Assembly (NCBI GenBank): GCA_016934055.1
Contig: JAFGTR010000020.1
Span: forward strand, 628-64,627
DNA length: 64,000 nucleotides
From: Bacteroidales bacterium
GTDB lineage: Bacteria > Bacteroidota > Bacteroidia > Bacteroidales > UBA10428
Reading direction: 5' to 3'
A program made the translations under genes and the position numbers. Below are positions 49,340-58,242 of the stretch, piece by piece; the stretch's first letter is position 1, and each line of letters begins with the position of its first letter. The notes under the pieces are model-generated. The model did not search any database and was not told where the DNA came from. It saw nothing but the letters and a program-made list of their open reading frames with translations.

Positions 49340-50890
49340 TCAGTTGGCGGCCTTTAATCCATTGACTGTCATAATACAGGATTTACCGGGCCAAAAATTC
49401 TCATAGCAGTAATCCTCTTCAAAGGCATCAATAATCTCGCAGGGATCAGAACTGAAAGAAATACGGGTGTTTATGGGCACATTGACTTCTATGATGACAT
49501 CACCGAATCTCCAGAAGTCGTCATCATCCATTTCAAAGTATTTGTCAAGTGTTATCAATGAATCGTTGATGGTATAATGATATCTTATTTCATCAATATA
49601 TTCATCAGCATTGCTGAGACTGATATTGCGAAGGTATTTTTTTACAACAACAGATGTATTCTTCTTATCAGATGCAGGTATCAAAACAAGAGAAACCTGA
49701 CCAAATATTGTTTCATGATATTTGTTATACAGTATGTCATAATTAAAAACGGAATATCTGATAATGCTTGTATTGCTGATATTGTCATTAACATCAATGA
49801 TCAGTAATGAATTATTACTGATGTCAAGCAACCTGGAATCCGACTGCATGGCTTTCACTGACAGATTTGAAATCTCGGAAAACATCAGGGTAAGAAACAA
49901 TACCAATGCCAGAATCCATGCTGTTAATGCTGCTGAACGCAGAACAACGCTCTTTGACTGAATATTAAATATAATCTTTATTCCTGCATAAACCAGTGAA
50001 ACAACAGGTATGAATATCAGAAAAAACAATGATAAAGTAAGCAGTTTAAAGTTTTCAAGATCTGAGATCCAACCGGAGAAATCCGGTAAAAAACATGCGT
50101 TGAGAAAACTGTGTGTGGTGAAAACATCAATATGGCCAAAAAATAATATAATGATGAAAGCCAGCAATATTGATCCTGCAATCAGAAATATGATGCCAAA
50201 AGAATAAAGTAAAACTTTAAATACAACTTTTATAATAGTTGATATAGATTTTATTATGTTATCAATTGCGTTTCTTGTCTTTTCTGACTGGCTCCAGTTG
50301 TTAAATGAATTCTTAACTTTATGATATTCAGATGTTATTGATTCTTCTATTGTATTAACATTAACCGGTTTGCCTTTCATATGGAGTTTTTGTGCCGTTG
50401 TAACGGCTTTAGGCACTACAAGCCATAAGATGGCATAGATAAGCAATCCTGCTCCCTTCATGAAAAACAGTACTATGAAAGCAAGCCTTATCCATAAAGG
50501 ATCAATATCGAAAAAGGCTCCAAGTCCTGCCGCAACCCCCCCGAGATAGTTGTTTTCAGTATCACGGTAAAACTTCCTGTGTGCACGGCGGTCATATGAA
50601 AAGCTTTCTGAAGTCTTCTCCTCATCCATTTTAATGTCTTCAACAGTGCCCAGCGTTTTAATAATCTCATCCACATCCGACAGGATAATCACCTGTTTGC
50701 TTTCAGAAAGCTTTTTTTCAAGTAATTCTGCTATGCGTTGTTCAATATCTTCTATGATCTCCCTGCCTTCCTCACCTTCTTTGTCAAAATGTGATTTAAG
50801 GGCATCTGTGTATTGCAGCAGCGATTTGAAAGCATCTTCATCAAAATGAAACTGCACGCCGCCAATATGGACCTGTATTGTTTTTTTCAT
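49340..50890 (-). CDS. PspC domain-containing membrane protein (long form)
   Basis: 516 aa. The N-terminal cytoplasmic helix region is paralogous to 51284..51883. PspC domain (YRDTENNYLGGVAAGLGAFFDIDPLWIRLAFIVLFF ... ILWLVVP), several further TM helices and a C-terminal extracytoplasmic domain. Confidence 0.8.
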   Translation of the reverse strand: MKKTIQVHIGGVQFHFDEDAFKSLLQYTDALKSHFDKEGEEGREIIEDIEQRIAELLEKKLSESKQVIILSDVDEIIKTLGTVEDIKMDEEKTSESFSYDRRAHRKFYRDTENNYLGGVAAGLGAFFDIDPLWIRLAFIVLFFMKGAGLLIYAILWLVVPKAVTTAQKLHMKGKPVNVNTIEESITSEYHKVKNSFNNWSQSEKTRNAIDNIIKSISTIIKVVFKVLLYSFGIIFLIAGSILLAFIIILFFGHIDVFTTHSFLNACFLPDFSGWISDLENFKLLTLSLFFLIFIPVVSLVYAGIKIIFNIQSKSVVLRSAALTAWILALVLFLTLMFSEISNLSVKAMQSDSRLLDISNNSLLIIDVNDNISNTSIIRYSVFNYDILYNKYHETIFGQVSLVLIPASDKKNTSVVVKKYLRNISLSNADEYIDEIRYHYTINDSLITLDKYFEMDDDDFWRFGDVIIEVNVPINTRISFSSDPCEIIDAFEEDYCYENFWPGKSCIMTVNGLKAAN

Positions 50891-50914
50891 AACTTTTACG
50901 GTTTACACTGTTTG

Positions 50915-51241
50915 TTATTCATGACGTATGGATGCCACGGCATCAACCAGTTCTTTCCAGGTATTGTCAAGTGAAGCGAGGAAATCCCTTCCTTTTTCCG
51001 TAAGGGCATAATATTTCCGGGGTGGTCCCTGTGTGGATTCTTCCCAGCGGTAACTCAACAAACCCATATTTTTCTGACGGGTTAACAAAGGATATAAGGT
51101 TCCTTCAACAATGATCAGATCAGATTCCTTCAATTTTTTCAAAATATCTGAAGCATAGGCATCTCCTTTTGAAAGAATGGAAAGAATGCAAAATTCCAAC
51201 ACCCCTTTTCGCATTTGTGCTTTTACATTCTCGAGATTCAT
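50915..51241 (-). CDS. PadR family transcriptional regulator
   Basis: 108 aa. GVLEFCILSILSKGDAYASDILKKL ... EGTLYPLLTRQKNMGLL ... RKYYALTEKG. Confidence 0.9.
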   Translation of the reverse strand: MNLENVKAQMRKGVLEFCILSILSKGDAYASDILKKLKESDLIIVEGTLYPLLTRQKNMGLLSYRWEESTQGPPRKYYALTEKGRDFLASLDNTWKELVDAVASIRHE

Positions 51242-51283
51242 AATTTTAATTTTATGTTAACAATGAAAAGAAAGACAACAGTA

Positions 51284-51883
51284 TCATCTTTTCTTTCCTT
51301 TAAAAGTGTTTTTTACGCTTTCAAACTCATCCCGCATAAATTTACCTATATTTGAGGCATTTACAGGATCTCCTCTCATTTCGAGTTTTTGAGCTGTTGT
51401 CCGGGCTTCAGGTACGACAATCCATAGTATTATATATATGAGAAAGCCGATACCAAACCCGAAAAATATAATGAGGAAGATCACACGAACAATGATGGGA
51501 TCGCGATTGAAATATTGTCCGATACCACTGCATACGCCTCCTAAAACCCGATTATCAGGATCACGATAAAGTCTTTTGGTTGTTGATGAGGACCTTTGCT
51601 GGTCCTGTCCTGTTTCTGATCCTCCTCCAATTTCAACGGGGTCACCCATTATGCGGATGATTTCTTCAACATCTTGAAGGGTAATGACATGTTTTTCAGC
51701 AGAAATTCTTTCAGCAAATAATTCAGAAATCCGGTTTTCAATATCACTGATGATATCAGTTCTTTCTTCATTATTTGAGAAATGACTTTCAATCCGGTCA
51801 AGGTATTCTTTGAGCCTGAGGTAGGCATCTTCATCAATATGAAAGACCTGATTGCTAAGATTAATTGTTAGCGTTTTCTTCAT
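51284..51883 (-). CDS. PspC domain-containing membrane protein (short form)
   Basis: 199 aa. The N-terminal 85 aa are about 40-45% identical by eye to the long form. PspC domain YRDPDNRVLGGVCSGIGQYFNRDPIIVRVIFLIIFF ... ILWIVVP. Confidence 0.8.
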   Translation of the reverse strand: MKKTLTINLSNQVFHIDEDAYLRLKEYLDRIESHFSNNEERTDIISDIENRISELFAERISAEKHVITLQDVEEIIRIMGDPVEIGGGSETGQDQQRSSSTTKRLYRDPDNRVLGGVCSGIGQYFNRDPIIVRVIFLIIFFGFGIGFLIYIILWIVVPEARTTAQKLEMRGDPVNASNIGKFMRDEFESVKNTFKGKKR

Positions 51884-51907
51884 GACACTTCATTATTAAA
51901 TTGCTGG

Positions 51908-52189
51908 TTATAAGATGATGACAATGTTGTATTTTGATGATTTATAATTTTCTGCATTTGTGCTGTCCGACGAAACCTCATGATCATTTGAAAACAGGTC
52001 TGTTGAATCGGGTTTCAGGCCGGCTTTTTTCTTTTCGCCCATCTGACCTGCTTTTAATATTTCCGGGTTTTCCGCAGCGCCTTTCAAAAAAAAACTCTTG
52101 TTAATAGAGTTCACAATTAAAACTGAAAAGGCAAAAAGCAACACAAACCTGGCCATATGATTTATAAAACGATATATTGAATATTTCAT
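51908..52189 (-). CDS. hypothetical small secreted or membrane-anchored protein, first gene of the PadR/PspC cluster
   Basis: 93 aa. N-terminal hydrophobic segment FVLLFAFSVLIVNSI, then a low-complexity polar region. Coding status is plausible but unproven. Confidence 0.4.
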   Translation of the reverse strand: MKYSIYRFINHMARFVLLFAFSVLIVNSINKSFFLKGAAENPEILKAGQMGEKKKAGLKPDSTDLFSNDHEVSSDSTNAENYKSSKYNIVIIL

Positions 52190-52240
52190 TACTATGTTAT
52201 AAATAATAAAATATTATACAAAGATATAAAATAATATTTA

Positions 52241-52259
52241 TACTATGCAATACATAGTA
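52241..52259. promoter_or_regulatory. perfect palindrome TACTATG-caata-CATAGTA upstream of the PadR/PspC cluster; candidate operator
   Basis: Read directly. It lies 52 nt upstream of the 52189 start codon. The half-site-containing word atagtactaat recurs at 52672-52682 just upstream of dtd. Confidence 0.35.
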
Positions 52260-52401
52260 CTAATTATTTGCTAAATAAAATAAAATTATTTTTCAAATGC
52301 ACCTGAAATAGCCGAGATTACAAATGAATTCGGGATAATATCGTAATTTTGATGAAGCATGTCTTTGTGGTTTTTTCTATATCAGGTTAAATGCAGGAGG
52401 T

Positions 52402-52485
52402 GAGAAGCAAGAACCAGGAGCCAAGAGCTAAGAGCCAAGAAGCAAGATAAAAGACAAAGGATCAAAGAAGGAAGGGAAGGGAGTC
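52402..52485 (+). repeat. 7-nt periodic purine-rich tract (gagaagc aagaacc aggagcc aagagct aagagcc aagaagc aagataa aagacaa aggatca aagaagg aagggaa gggagtc)
   Basis: Partitioned by hand. The first six units fit RAGARCY and later units degenerate. Confidence 0.8.
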
Positions 52486-52486
52486 A

Positions 52487-52503
52487 GAATGAGAATGAGA
52501 ATG
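52487..52503 (+). repeat. (GAATGA) tandem hexamer, about 2.8 copies
   Basis: Read directly. Confidence 0.85.
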
Positions 52504-52518
52504 GGGAAATATGGCATT

Positions 52519-52555
52519 ATGTTTTCAAACCCGGAGGGTTTGTATATTTATAGAA
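52519..52555 (+). repeat. 37-nt hairpin module H1, copy 2 of 3 (35/37 identical to the other two)
   Basis: atgttttCAAACCCggaGGGTTTGtatatttatagaa. Both substitutions lie outside the stem. Confidence 0.9.
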
Positions 52556-52588
52556 GATGCTTCAAAAGTTTTACATCGTAAATTGAAA

Positions 52589-52637
52589 AAGAGCCAAGAA
52601 TCAAGAACAAAGAGCAAAAAATAAGGATTAAAGATGA
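52589..52637 (+). repeat. second 7-nt periodic purine-rich tract (aagagcc aagaatc aagaaca aagagca aaaaata aggatta aagatga)
   Basis: Partitioned by hand. Related to 11311-11359. Confidence 0.75.
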
Positions 52638-52700
52638 GACTGTAAATATTTTATGTAAACTGGCAGAAAAGATAGTACTAATATTTTTCAATATACTGAT

Positions 52701-53153
52701 ATGAGAGCTGTTATTCAACGTGTTAATAACGCATCCATCGCCATAAATGGTTCATTGCATGCAAAAATTGATAAGGGCTTATTGATATTCATAGGAATTG
52801 AGGATTCAGATGATCATACCGACATAGAATGGCTGACAGGGAAAATAGTGAAATTGCGCATTTTTAATGATAAGCATGGTGTCATGAATTTATCAGTATC
52901 GGATATCCAGGGAGAAATTATGGTTGTCAGTCAGTTTACTTTACATGCATCGACTGTAAAGGGAAACCGGCCATCATATTACAGGGCTTCAAAGCCTGAA
53001 TTTGCTGTTCCATGTTACAATAATTTTGTTTTTCAGCTTGAGAAGATATTTGGCCATTCAATAAAAACCGGAATTTTTGGAGCGGAAATGAAAATATCAT
53101 TGCTTAATGACGGGCCTGTAACCCTTTTCATTGATACCAAAAAAAAGGATTAG
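52701..53153 (+). CDS. dtd: D-aminoacyl-tRNA deacylase
   Basis: 150 aa. MRAVIQRV, VSQFTL and NDGPVT motifs. Confidence 0.95.
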   Translation: MRAVIQRVNNASIAINGSLHAKIDKGLLIFIGIEDSDDHTDIEWLTGKIVKLRIFNDKHGVMNLSVSDIQGEIMVVSQFTLHASTVKGNRPSYYRASKPEFAVPCYNNFVFQLEKIFGHSIKTGIFGAEMKISLLNDGPVTLFIDTKKKD

Positions 53154-53248
53154 CCCGTAAGGGTTTCATCATTGTATGATACCAGGTATGATTCAGAAAC
53201 GGAATGATATATAAGAATGCATTACCAGAAACTGCCTGACTCACATTC

Positions 53249-54352
53249 GTGTTATTTTTTATACCTTTGCTTTTTGTTTATGTTAGACGGTCAATGTTGT
53301 ACAGCAGATCTCATCCTGTTTTTTTCCGTCAGGATACAATAATGTTTTCGCCAGCCGTTGACACAGCGGGCAAACCGGCACAGGACAGCATTATTGATTC
53401 AGTCATTCCTGATTCTGCATATTCACAGCAGAAGCAGGTTAAAGTTGTCGATACTGTACCTTTGCAACAATTACAGAAACCGGTTGTCAAGAAAAAGGAC
53501 AGCGACACTCTTAGTGTTGTGAGAACCCGCACATTGAATCCTTATAAAAAGGCTTTCAATGCCTCAGATAACTTTCTGGTCAGTAATCCGCTGAAAAGTA
53601 TTACAGTTCAGTCAGGATTTGTGATGACAAAGGATACGGCTTTAAAAGCAACAATCACCACACAACCGCAGTCAGCTGAAATTATTAAGCTTCATGAGAG
53701 GGAATACAAAAGCAGTGATTGGGAGTTGCTGGTATATTTCATTATTGTATTGCTGTTTATCTGGATCAGGGTTTTTTATAATAAATTCTTTACATTTCTT
53801 GCCAATTCATTGGTTAGTTATCAGTTATCAGCAAAGGTATTCCAAGAAAAGAATGTGCTGTTAAAAAGGGTGTCATTTGTACTTGATGTTATTTACCATA
53901 TCGTTCTGGCCATTTTTTTGTATAAGATCTTTTCGGTTTTGGAACTATCACCCGCCAAAATGACATCCTACAATTTATTTCTTTTTTTTCTTAATATTTT
54001 AATTCTGTATACCCTTATCAGAATCGCTGTCCTGAAAGTTTTCGGTTATTTGTTTAAGGCAGAATCAATTATTTCTGAATATGTTCATAATAACTTCATC
54101 ATCAATAAAAGCATGGGTATTGCATTAATACCTGTTTCTGTTGCCATTGGCTATATGCCTGCAATTTTTACCGGAACCCTGCTGGTGGCTGGTTTGCTAA
54201 TACTGGGACTTGGTAATGTTTTCAAAGCTATCAGGGGCTATCAAATAATTATTCGTAAGGATGTTTTCTTTTTTTATATGATTTTGTACCTTTGTACCCT
54301 CGAAATTTTACCTCTTTTATTAGGATATAAGGTTTTTATATCATTGTTATAG
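53249..54352 (+). CDS. DUF4271-like polytopic membrane protein
   Basis: 367-aa ORF with a GTG start; the true start may be one of the internal ATGs at 53294 or 53342. A polar N-terminal half is followed by 5-6 TM helices. It lies directly upstream of hemD, as I recall for DUF4271 genes in Bacteroidota. Confidence 0.55.
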   Translation: MLFFIPLLFVYVRRSMLYSRSHPVFFRQDTIMFSPAVDTAGKPAQDSIIDSVIPDSAYSQQKQVKVVDTVPLQQLQKPVVKKKDSDTLSVVRTRTLNPYKKAFNASDNFLVSNPLKSITVQSGFVMTKDTALKATITTQPQSAEIIKLHEREYKSSDWELLVYFIIVLLFIWIRVFYNKFFTFLANSLVSYQLSAKVFQEKNVLLKRVSFVLDVIYHIVLAIFLYKIFSVLELSPAKMTSYNLFLFFLNILILYTLIRIAVLKVFGYLFKAESIISEYVHNNFIINKSMGIALIPVSVAIGYMPAIFTGTLLVAGLLILGLGNVFKAIRGYQIIIRKDVFFFYMILYLCTLEILPLLLGYKVFISLL

Positions 54353-54379
54353 AGTCATTTAATAAAGAAAAAAACCTTC

Positions 54380-55135
54380 ATGAAAATTAAAAAAATCTTG
54401 GTTTCTCAACCTCAACCCGATTCAGAAAAATCACCTTATTACGAATTAGCTGAAAAAAACAATGTTAAAATTGATTTCCGGCCTTTCAGTCATGTTTTGG
54501 GAATATCCTGCAAGGATTTCCGCAGACAGCGCATTGACATATTGGCTCATACGGCAGTGATTTTTAACAGTAAAACCGCTATTGATCATTTTTTCAGAAT
54601 TTGTGGTGAAATGAGGATTTCGGTTCCCGATGTGATGAAATATTTCTGTGTGTCTGAGAAGGTTGCTTTTTATTTGCAGAAGTACATTATTTACAGGAAA
54701 CGCAAAATATTCCACGGGAATGGTTTGGTTGGTGATCTTATGGAACTGATCATGAAACATCCTGATGAAAGATATCTTTTACCACTTTCAGATCTTCAGA
54801 ATGAAGAGCTGACAGTTCTGCTCGACAAGCAGAAAGTCAAATATTCAAAAGCTATTCTGTATAAGAACGTCAGTCTTGATTTGTCTGATCTCAGTATTCT
54901 TAATTATGATCTCCTTGTCTTTTTCAGCCCATCAAGTTTCAAATCACTGTTGAAAAATTTTCCGGAGTTTCAGCAAAATGAAATTAAAATTGGTTCATTC
55001 GGAAGATCAACGGCAAAAGCGATTCTGGAAGCTGGTTTAAGGCTTGACCTGCAGGCTCCGAGGCCCGAGGCTCCTTCTATGATTGCAGCTCTTGAACAGT
55101 ATATCAGGGAGCAGAATAAGAACTGTAAAAAGTAA
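54380..55135 (+). CDS. hemD: uroporphyrinogen-III synthase (HEM4 family)
   Basis: 251 aa. The N-terminus KKILVSQPQPDSEKSPYYELAEKNNVKIDFRPF and the two-lobe length fit the Bacteroidota HemD pattern. Confidence 0.7.
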   Translation: MKIKKILVSQPQPDSEKSPYYELAEKNNVKIDFRPFSHVLGISCKDFRRQRIDILAHTAVIFNSKTAIDHFFRICGEMRISVPDVMKYFCVSEKVAFYLQKYIIYRKRKIFHGNGLVGDLMELIMKHPDERYLLPLSDLQNEELTVLLDKQKVKYSKAILYKNVSLDLSDLSILNYDLLVFFSPSSFKSLLKNFPEFQQNEIKIGSFGRSTAKAILEAGLRLDLQAPRPEAPSMIAALEQYIREQNKNCKK

Positions 55136-55258
55136 ATCATTCCATTTTTTCCAATAGTCCTGTTTTCTTTGCAGTTAATGATGCAAATCATCGTTTATTG
55201 CAAAGTCCATTGCAACCCGGATGCTTTTTATACGTAAAATAATGCAAATTTCACAGCT

Positions 55259-55477
55259 ATGAAAAATGCGTTATCGTCATCCCGTAAGAGAATTTGCAAG
55301 CGTTGTAACAGGCAGATAACCGAAGATATTATTTGTGCAGCCTGTAAAAATGAATTGTTAAGTCAATACGATTCAAAAATCGGCTGGAAAATGGCCTATG
55401 AAATCGAAAAAGTCAGCCGTCATGTTATGCGAAATACGTCCATGCATGATCAGGATGAGCCTTTTTCAGGTTTTTGA
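55259..55477 (+). CDS. hypothetical small protein with a CxxC...CxxC zinc-ribbon-like motif
   Basis: 72 aa. ICKRCNRQITEDIICAACKN. It is followed by a hairpin at 55500-55519. Coding status is uncertain. Confidence 0.35.
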   Translation: MKNALSSSRKRICKRCNRQITEDIICAACKNELLSQYDSKIGWKMAYEIEKVSRHVMRNTSMHDQDEPFSGF

Positions 55478-55499
55478 TCAGCAGCAACAAAAATCCATA

Positions 55500-55519
55500 C
55501 CGGAATGAAAAAGTTCCGG
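55500..55519 (+). terminator. hairpin ccggaa-tgaaaaag-ttccgg downstream of the 72-aa ORF
   Basis: A 6-bp perfect stem. The downstream sequence is only moderately T-rich. Confidence 0.35.
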
Positions 55520-55642
55520 CTTACTTCCTGTTGATTTCATATTTGTCAGCAATGTCATAAAATTGCCGGCCCGGTTGTAATTTTATACCGATAATACAGC
55601 TGTTTATCAGAGTATTTACATTATTTTTGCGCGCTGTACATA

Positions 55643-57352
55643 ATGCTTAAGAATGATATGAAAACAAAAAATGGTCGTAAGAGTGCTAAAAGGATCCTGT
55701 ATTTTGCCGTTCCGCTGATTTTAATCATTGCCTTTGGTTTTACTTATAGCCGGGATAAGGAGTTTGATATCATAAAGAACCTGGATATTTTTTATTCTCT
55801 GTTCCGGGAACTGAATCTTTTTTATGTTGATGAAACAAATCCGAAACACCTTATTGAATCCGGTATTGAAGGTATGCTGGAGTCACTTGACCCTTATACC
55901 ACTTATATTCCTGAAGAAGAACAGAAAAACTTTGCTTTTATGACGACAGGGGAATATGGCGGTATTGGTGCCCTTATACGAAAGGGTGGTGATTTTCCCA
56001 TGATATCTGAGCCTTACGAAGGATTTCCGGCTCAGAAATCAGGGTTGAGGGCAGGTGATACAATTGTATCAATTGATGGTGTTACAACATGGAGTAAGGA
56101 AATAGGCCAGGTCAGTGAGATGCTTAAAGGAGCACCAAACACATCAGTGAAACTTCAAATTAAAAGAATCGGGGAAAACGATATTATTGAAAAGAATCTT
56201 GTCCGTGAACAGATCTCAATTCCTAACATTCCATACTACGGGATTGTTAAAGAGGGGATCGGATATATAAGACTGTCCAATTTTACAAAAGATGCGGGTA
56301 AAGAAGCCCGTGATGTTATGAAAAACCTTCTGGATGAAGGTATCGGGTCTGTGATCCTTGATATGCGGGGTAATCCCGGAGGACTTCTGATTGAATCGGT
56401 CAATGTTACAAATCTTTTTGTTGATAAGGGCCTGGAAATCGTCAGCACTCGAGGCCGGGTAAAGCAATGGGATATGACTTACAAAACGATGAACCAACCC
56501 CTGGATACAGCAATACCTGTTGTTGTTCTTGTTAACCGTACTTCTGCATCTGCATCAGAAATTGTTGCCGGTGCCTTACAGGATCTGGATCGCGCCGTAA
56601 TAATCGGCCAAAAAACCTTTGGAAAAGGTTTGGTGCAAACAACAAGGTCTCTGAGTTACAATGCACAATTAAAAGTTACCACAGCCAAGTATTATATTCC
56701 CAGCGGACGATGCATACAGGCAGTAGATTATGCGAACCGGAATGAGGATGGAAGTGTTGGTTATATACCGGATTCACTCATTAAAGAATTCAGGACGAAA
56801 AATGGAAGAAAGGTTTATGACGGAGGAGGAATTTCCCCTGACATAACCATTCAGCCTGAACAACCCGGAAATATTACCATTAGCCTTTACACCAAGAATC
56901 TGATTTTCGATTATGCCACAGTTTATGCAACCCGGCACGAAAGCTTTCACACCATTAACAGCATGAATTTTTCAGATGATGACTATAATGATTTTTTAAA
57001 TTTCATCAGTGATAAAAACTATGATTATATAACAGAGAGCAGTAATCAGTTGACGAAACTCATTGGTATTGCAAAAAATGAAAGATATTATAAAGCCGCT
57101 GAAGAAGAATTTGAAGCTTTGAAGAAAAAGCTGGCACATGATAAAGAAAAAGACTTACAGACATTCAAAGAAGAAATCAAAGCCCTTATCCTTGAAGAGA
57201 TAGCGGGGCGTTATTATTATCAGAAAGGCAAGATACGTGCAGCCCTGTTGAATGATGAATCGCTTGATCAGGCCATTGAAATTTGTGAAGACAGTCAATT
57301 ATACAGGTCATTATTGACTGCTCAGAATAAGGAAGAAAATCAGGAAAAATGA
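55643..57352 (+). CDS. S41 family carboxy-terminal processing peptidase
   Basis: 569 aa. N-terminal anchor, PDZ domain (GLRAGDTIVSIDG), and catalytic region (RGNPGGLL ... TSASASEIVAGALQD ... GQKTFGKG). Confidence 0.9.
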   Translation: MLKNDMKTKNGRKSAKRILYFAVPLILIIAFGFTYSRDKEFDIIKNLDIFYSLFRELNLFYVDETNPKHLIESGIEGMLESLDPYTTYIPEEEQKNFAFMTTGEYGGIGALIRKGGDFPMISEPYEGFPAQKSGLRAGDTIVSIDGVTTWSKEIGQVSEMLKGAPNTSVKLQIKRIGENDIIEKNLVREQISIPNIPYYGIVKEGIGYIRLSNFTKDAGKEARDVMKNLLDEGIGSVILDMRGNPGGLLIESVNVTNLFVDKGLEIVSTRGRVKQWDMTYKTMNQPLDTAIPVVVLVNRTSASASEIVAGALQDLDRAVIIGQKTFGKGLVQTTRSLSYNAQLKVTTAKYYIPSGRCIQAVDYANRNEDGSVGYIPDSLIKEFRTKNGRKVYDGGGISPDITIQPEQPGNITISLYTKNLIFDYATVYATRHESFHTINSMNFSDDDYNDFLNFISDKNYDYITESSNQLTKLIGIAKNERYYKAAEEEFEALKKKLAHDKEKDLQTFKEEIKALILEEIAGRYYYQKGKIRAALLNDESLDQAIEICEDSQLYRSLLTAQNKEENQEK

Positions 57353-57364
57353 TTATGATGCCTT

Positions 57365-58219
57365 TTACAATGCGGTTTGGTAACCTTTTTGTCTGACTTT
57401 CATTATATAGTCTTCTATCATCCGGTCATAATGTGTTTTAATATGTCCGGTTAACGGATGGTTTGCTTCGTAAGTGATGTCATTTATCGAAGCAACAGGC
57501 AAGATTTTTGATGATGTACCCGTAATAAAGGCGGCATCAAATGAAGACAACCTTTTAACGGCAATGTTTTCTTCCTTTAAATCACACTGAGTGGATTTAC
57601 AGATGTCCATGACTTTTTCACGTGTGATGCCTTTTAACACGCGATCAAAAGGGGGTGTCAGCAGGGATCCTTTTTGTATGAAAAAAACATTTGATTTGCT
57701 GCCCTCAGTTACATAGCCATTGTGATCAACCAGCAAAACTTCATACAGTTTTTGATCTGTGATTGTGGTCCTGCATTTCTCCTGAAGGGGTATGTTGAAG
57801 GCTTTGATATTGGGATTTTTTCTCTCCACGAAATAAAGAGAAGTCCTGATACCTTTGTGATAAAGTTTATCGGAAGGATAACTGTGTAAAACCTGATGGG
57901 CTATGGTTTTTAGAGGTTCTTTGCCGTCGGGGTCAAAAAAAACAAGAAGTTTGATGTTGCCAATATGCAGGTCATTTTTGATTAGTAACTTTAAAAGAAC
58001 TTCTTTTAAATATTCATAATCAATAGTATAATCATTTTTATATTTCTTAACTGAATTGTCAAGACGTTTAAGATGATCTTCAAGGAAGAGCAATACACCG
58101 TCAATCACACGGATCACTTCATAAAAAATGACAGAAGAAGTCGGAAAGTTTTTGTTCAATGAATCTGTTGTTTCCGTCTGGTTGTTAATGATGCAATAAC
58201 GGCCTGTGAAATCTTTCAT
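57365..58219 (-). CDS. aminotransferase class IV (branched-chain amino acid aminotransferase / ADC lyase family)
   Basis: 284 aa. The pattern VTEGSKSNVFFIQKGSLLTPP ... VLKGITR is typical of fold-type IV PLP enzymes. Confidence 0.75.
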   Translation of the reverse strand: MKDFTGRYCIINNQTETTDSLNKNFPTSSVIFYEVIRVIDGVLLFLEDHLKRLDNSVKKYKNDYTIDYEYLKEVLLKLLIKNDLHIGNIKLLVFFDPDGKEPLKTIAHQVLHSYPSDKLYHKGIRTSLYFVERKNPNIKAFNIPLQEKCRTTITDQKLYEVLLVDHNGYVTEGSKSNVFFIQKGSLLTPPFDRVLKGITREKVMDICKSTQCDLKEENIAVKRLSSFDAAFITGTSSKILPVASINDITYEANHPLTGHIKTHYDRMIEDYIMKVRQKGYQTAL

Positions 58220-58242
58220 GAGGATTAAAATAAACGGGAGAA

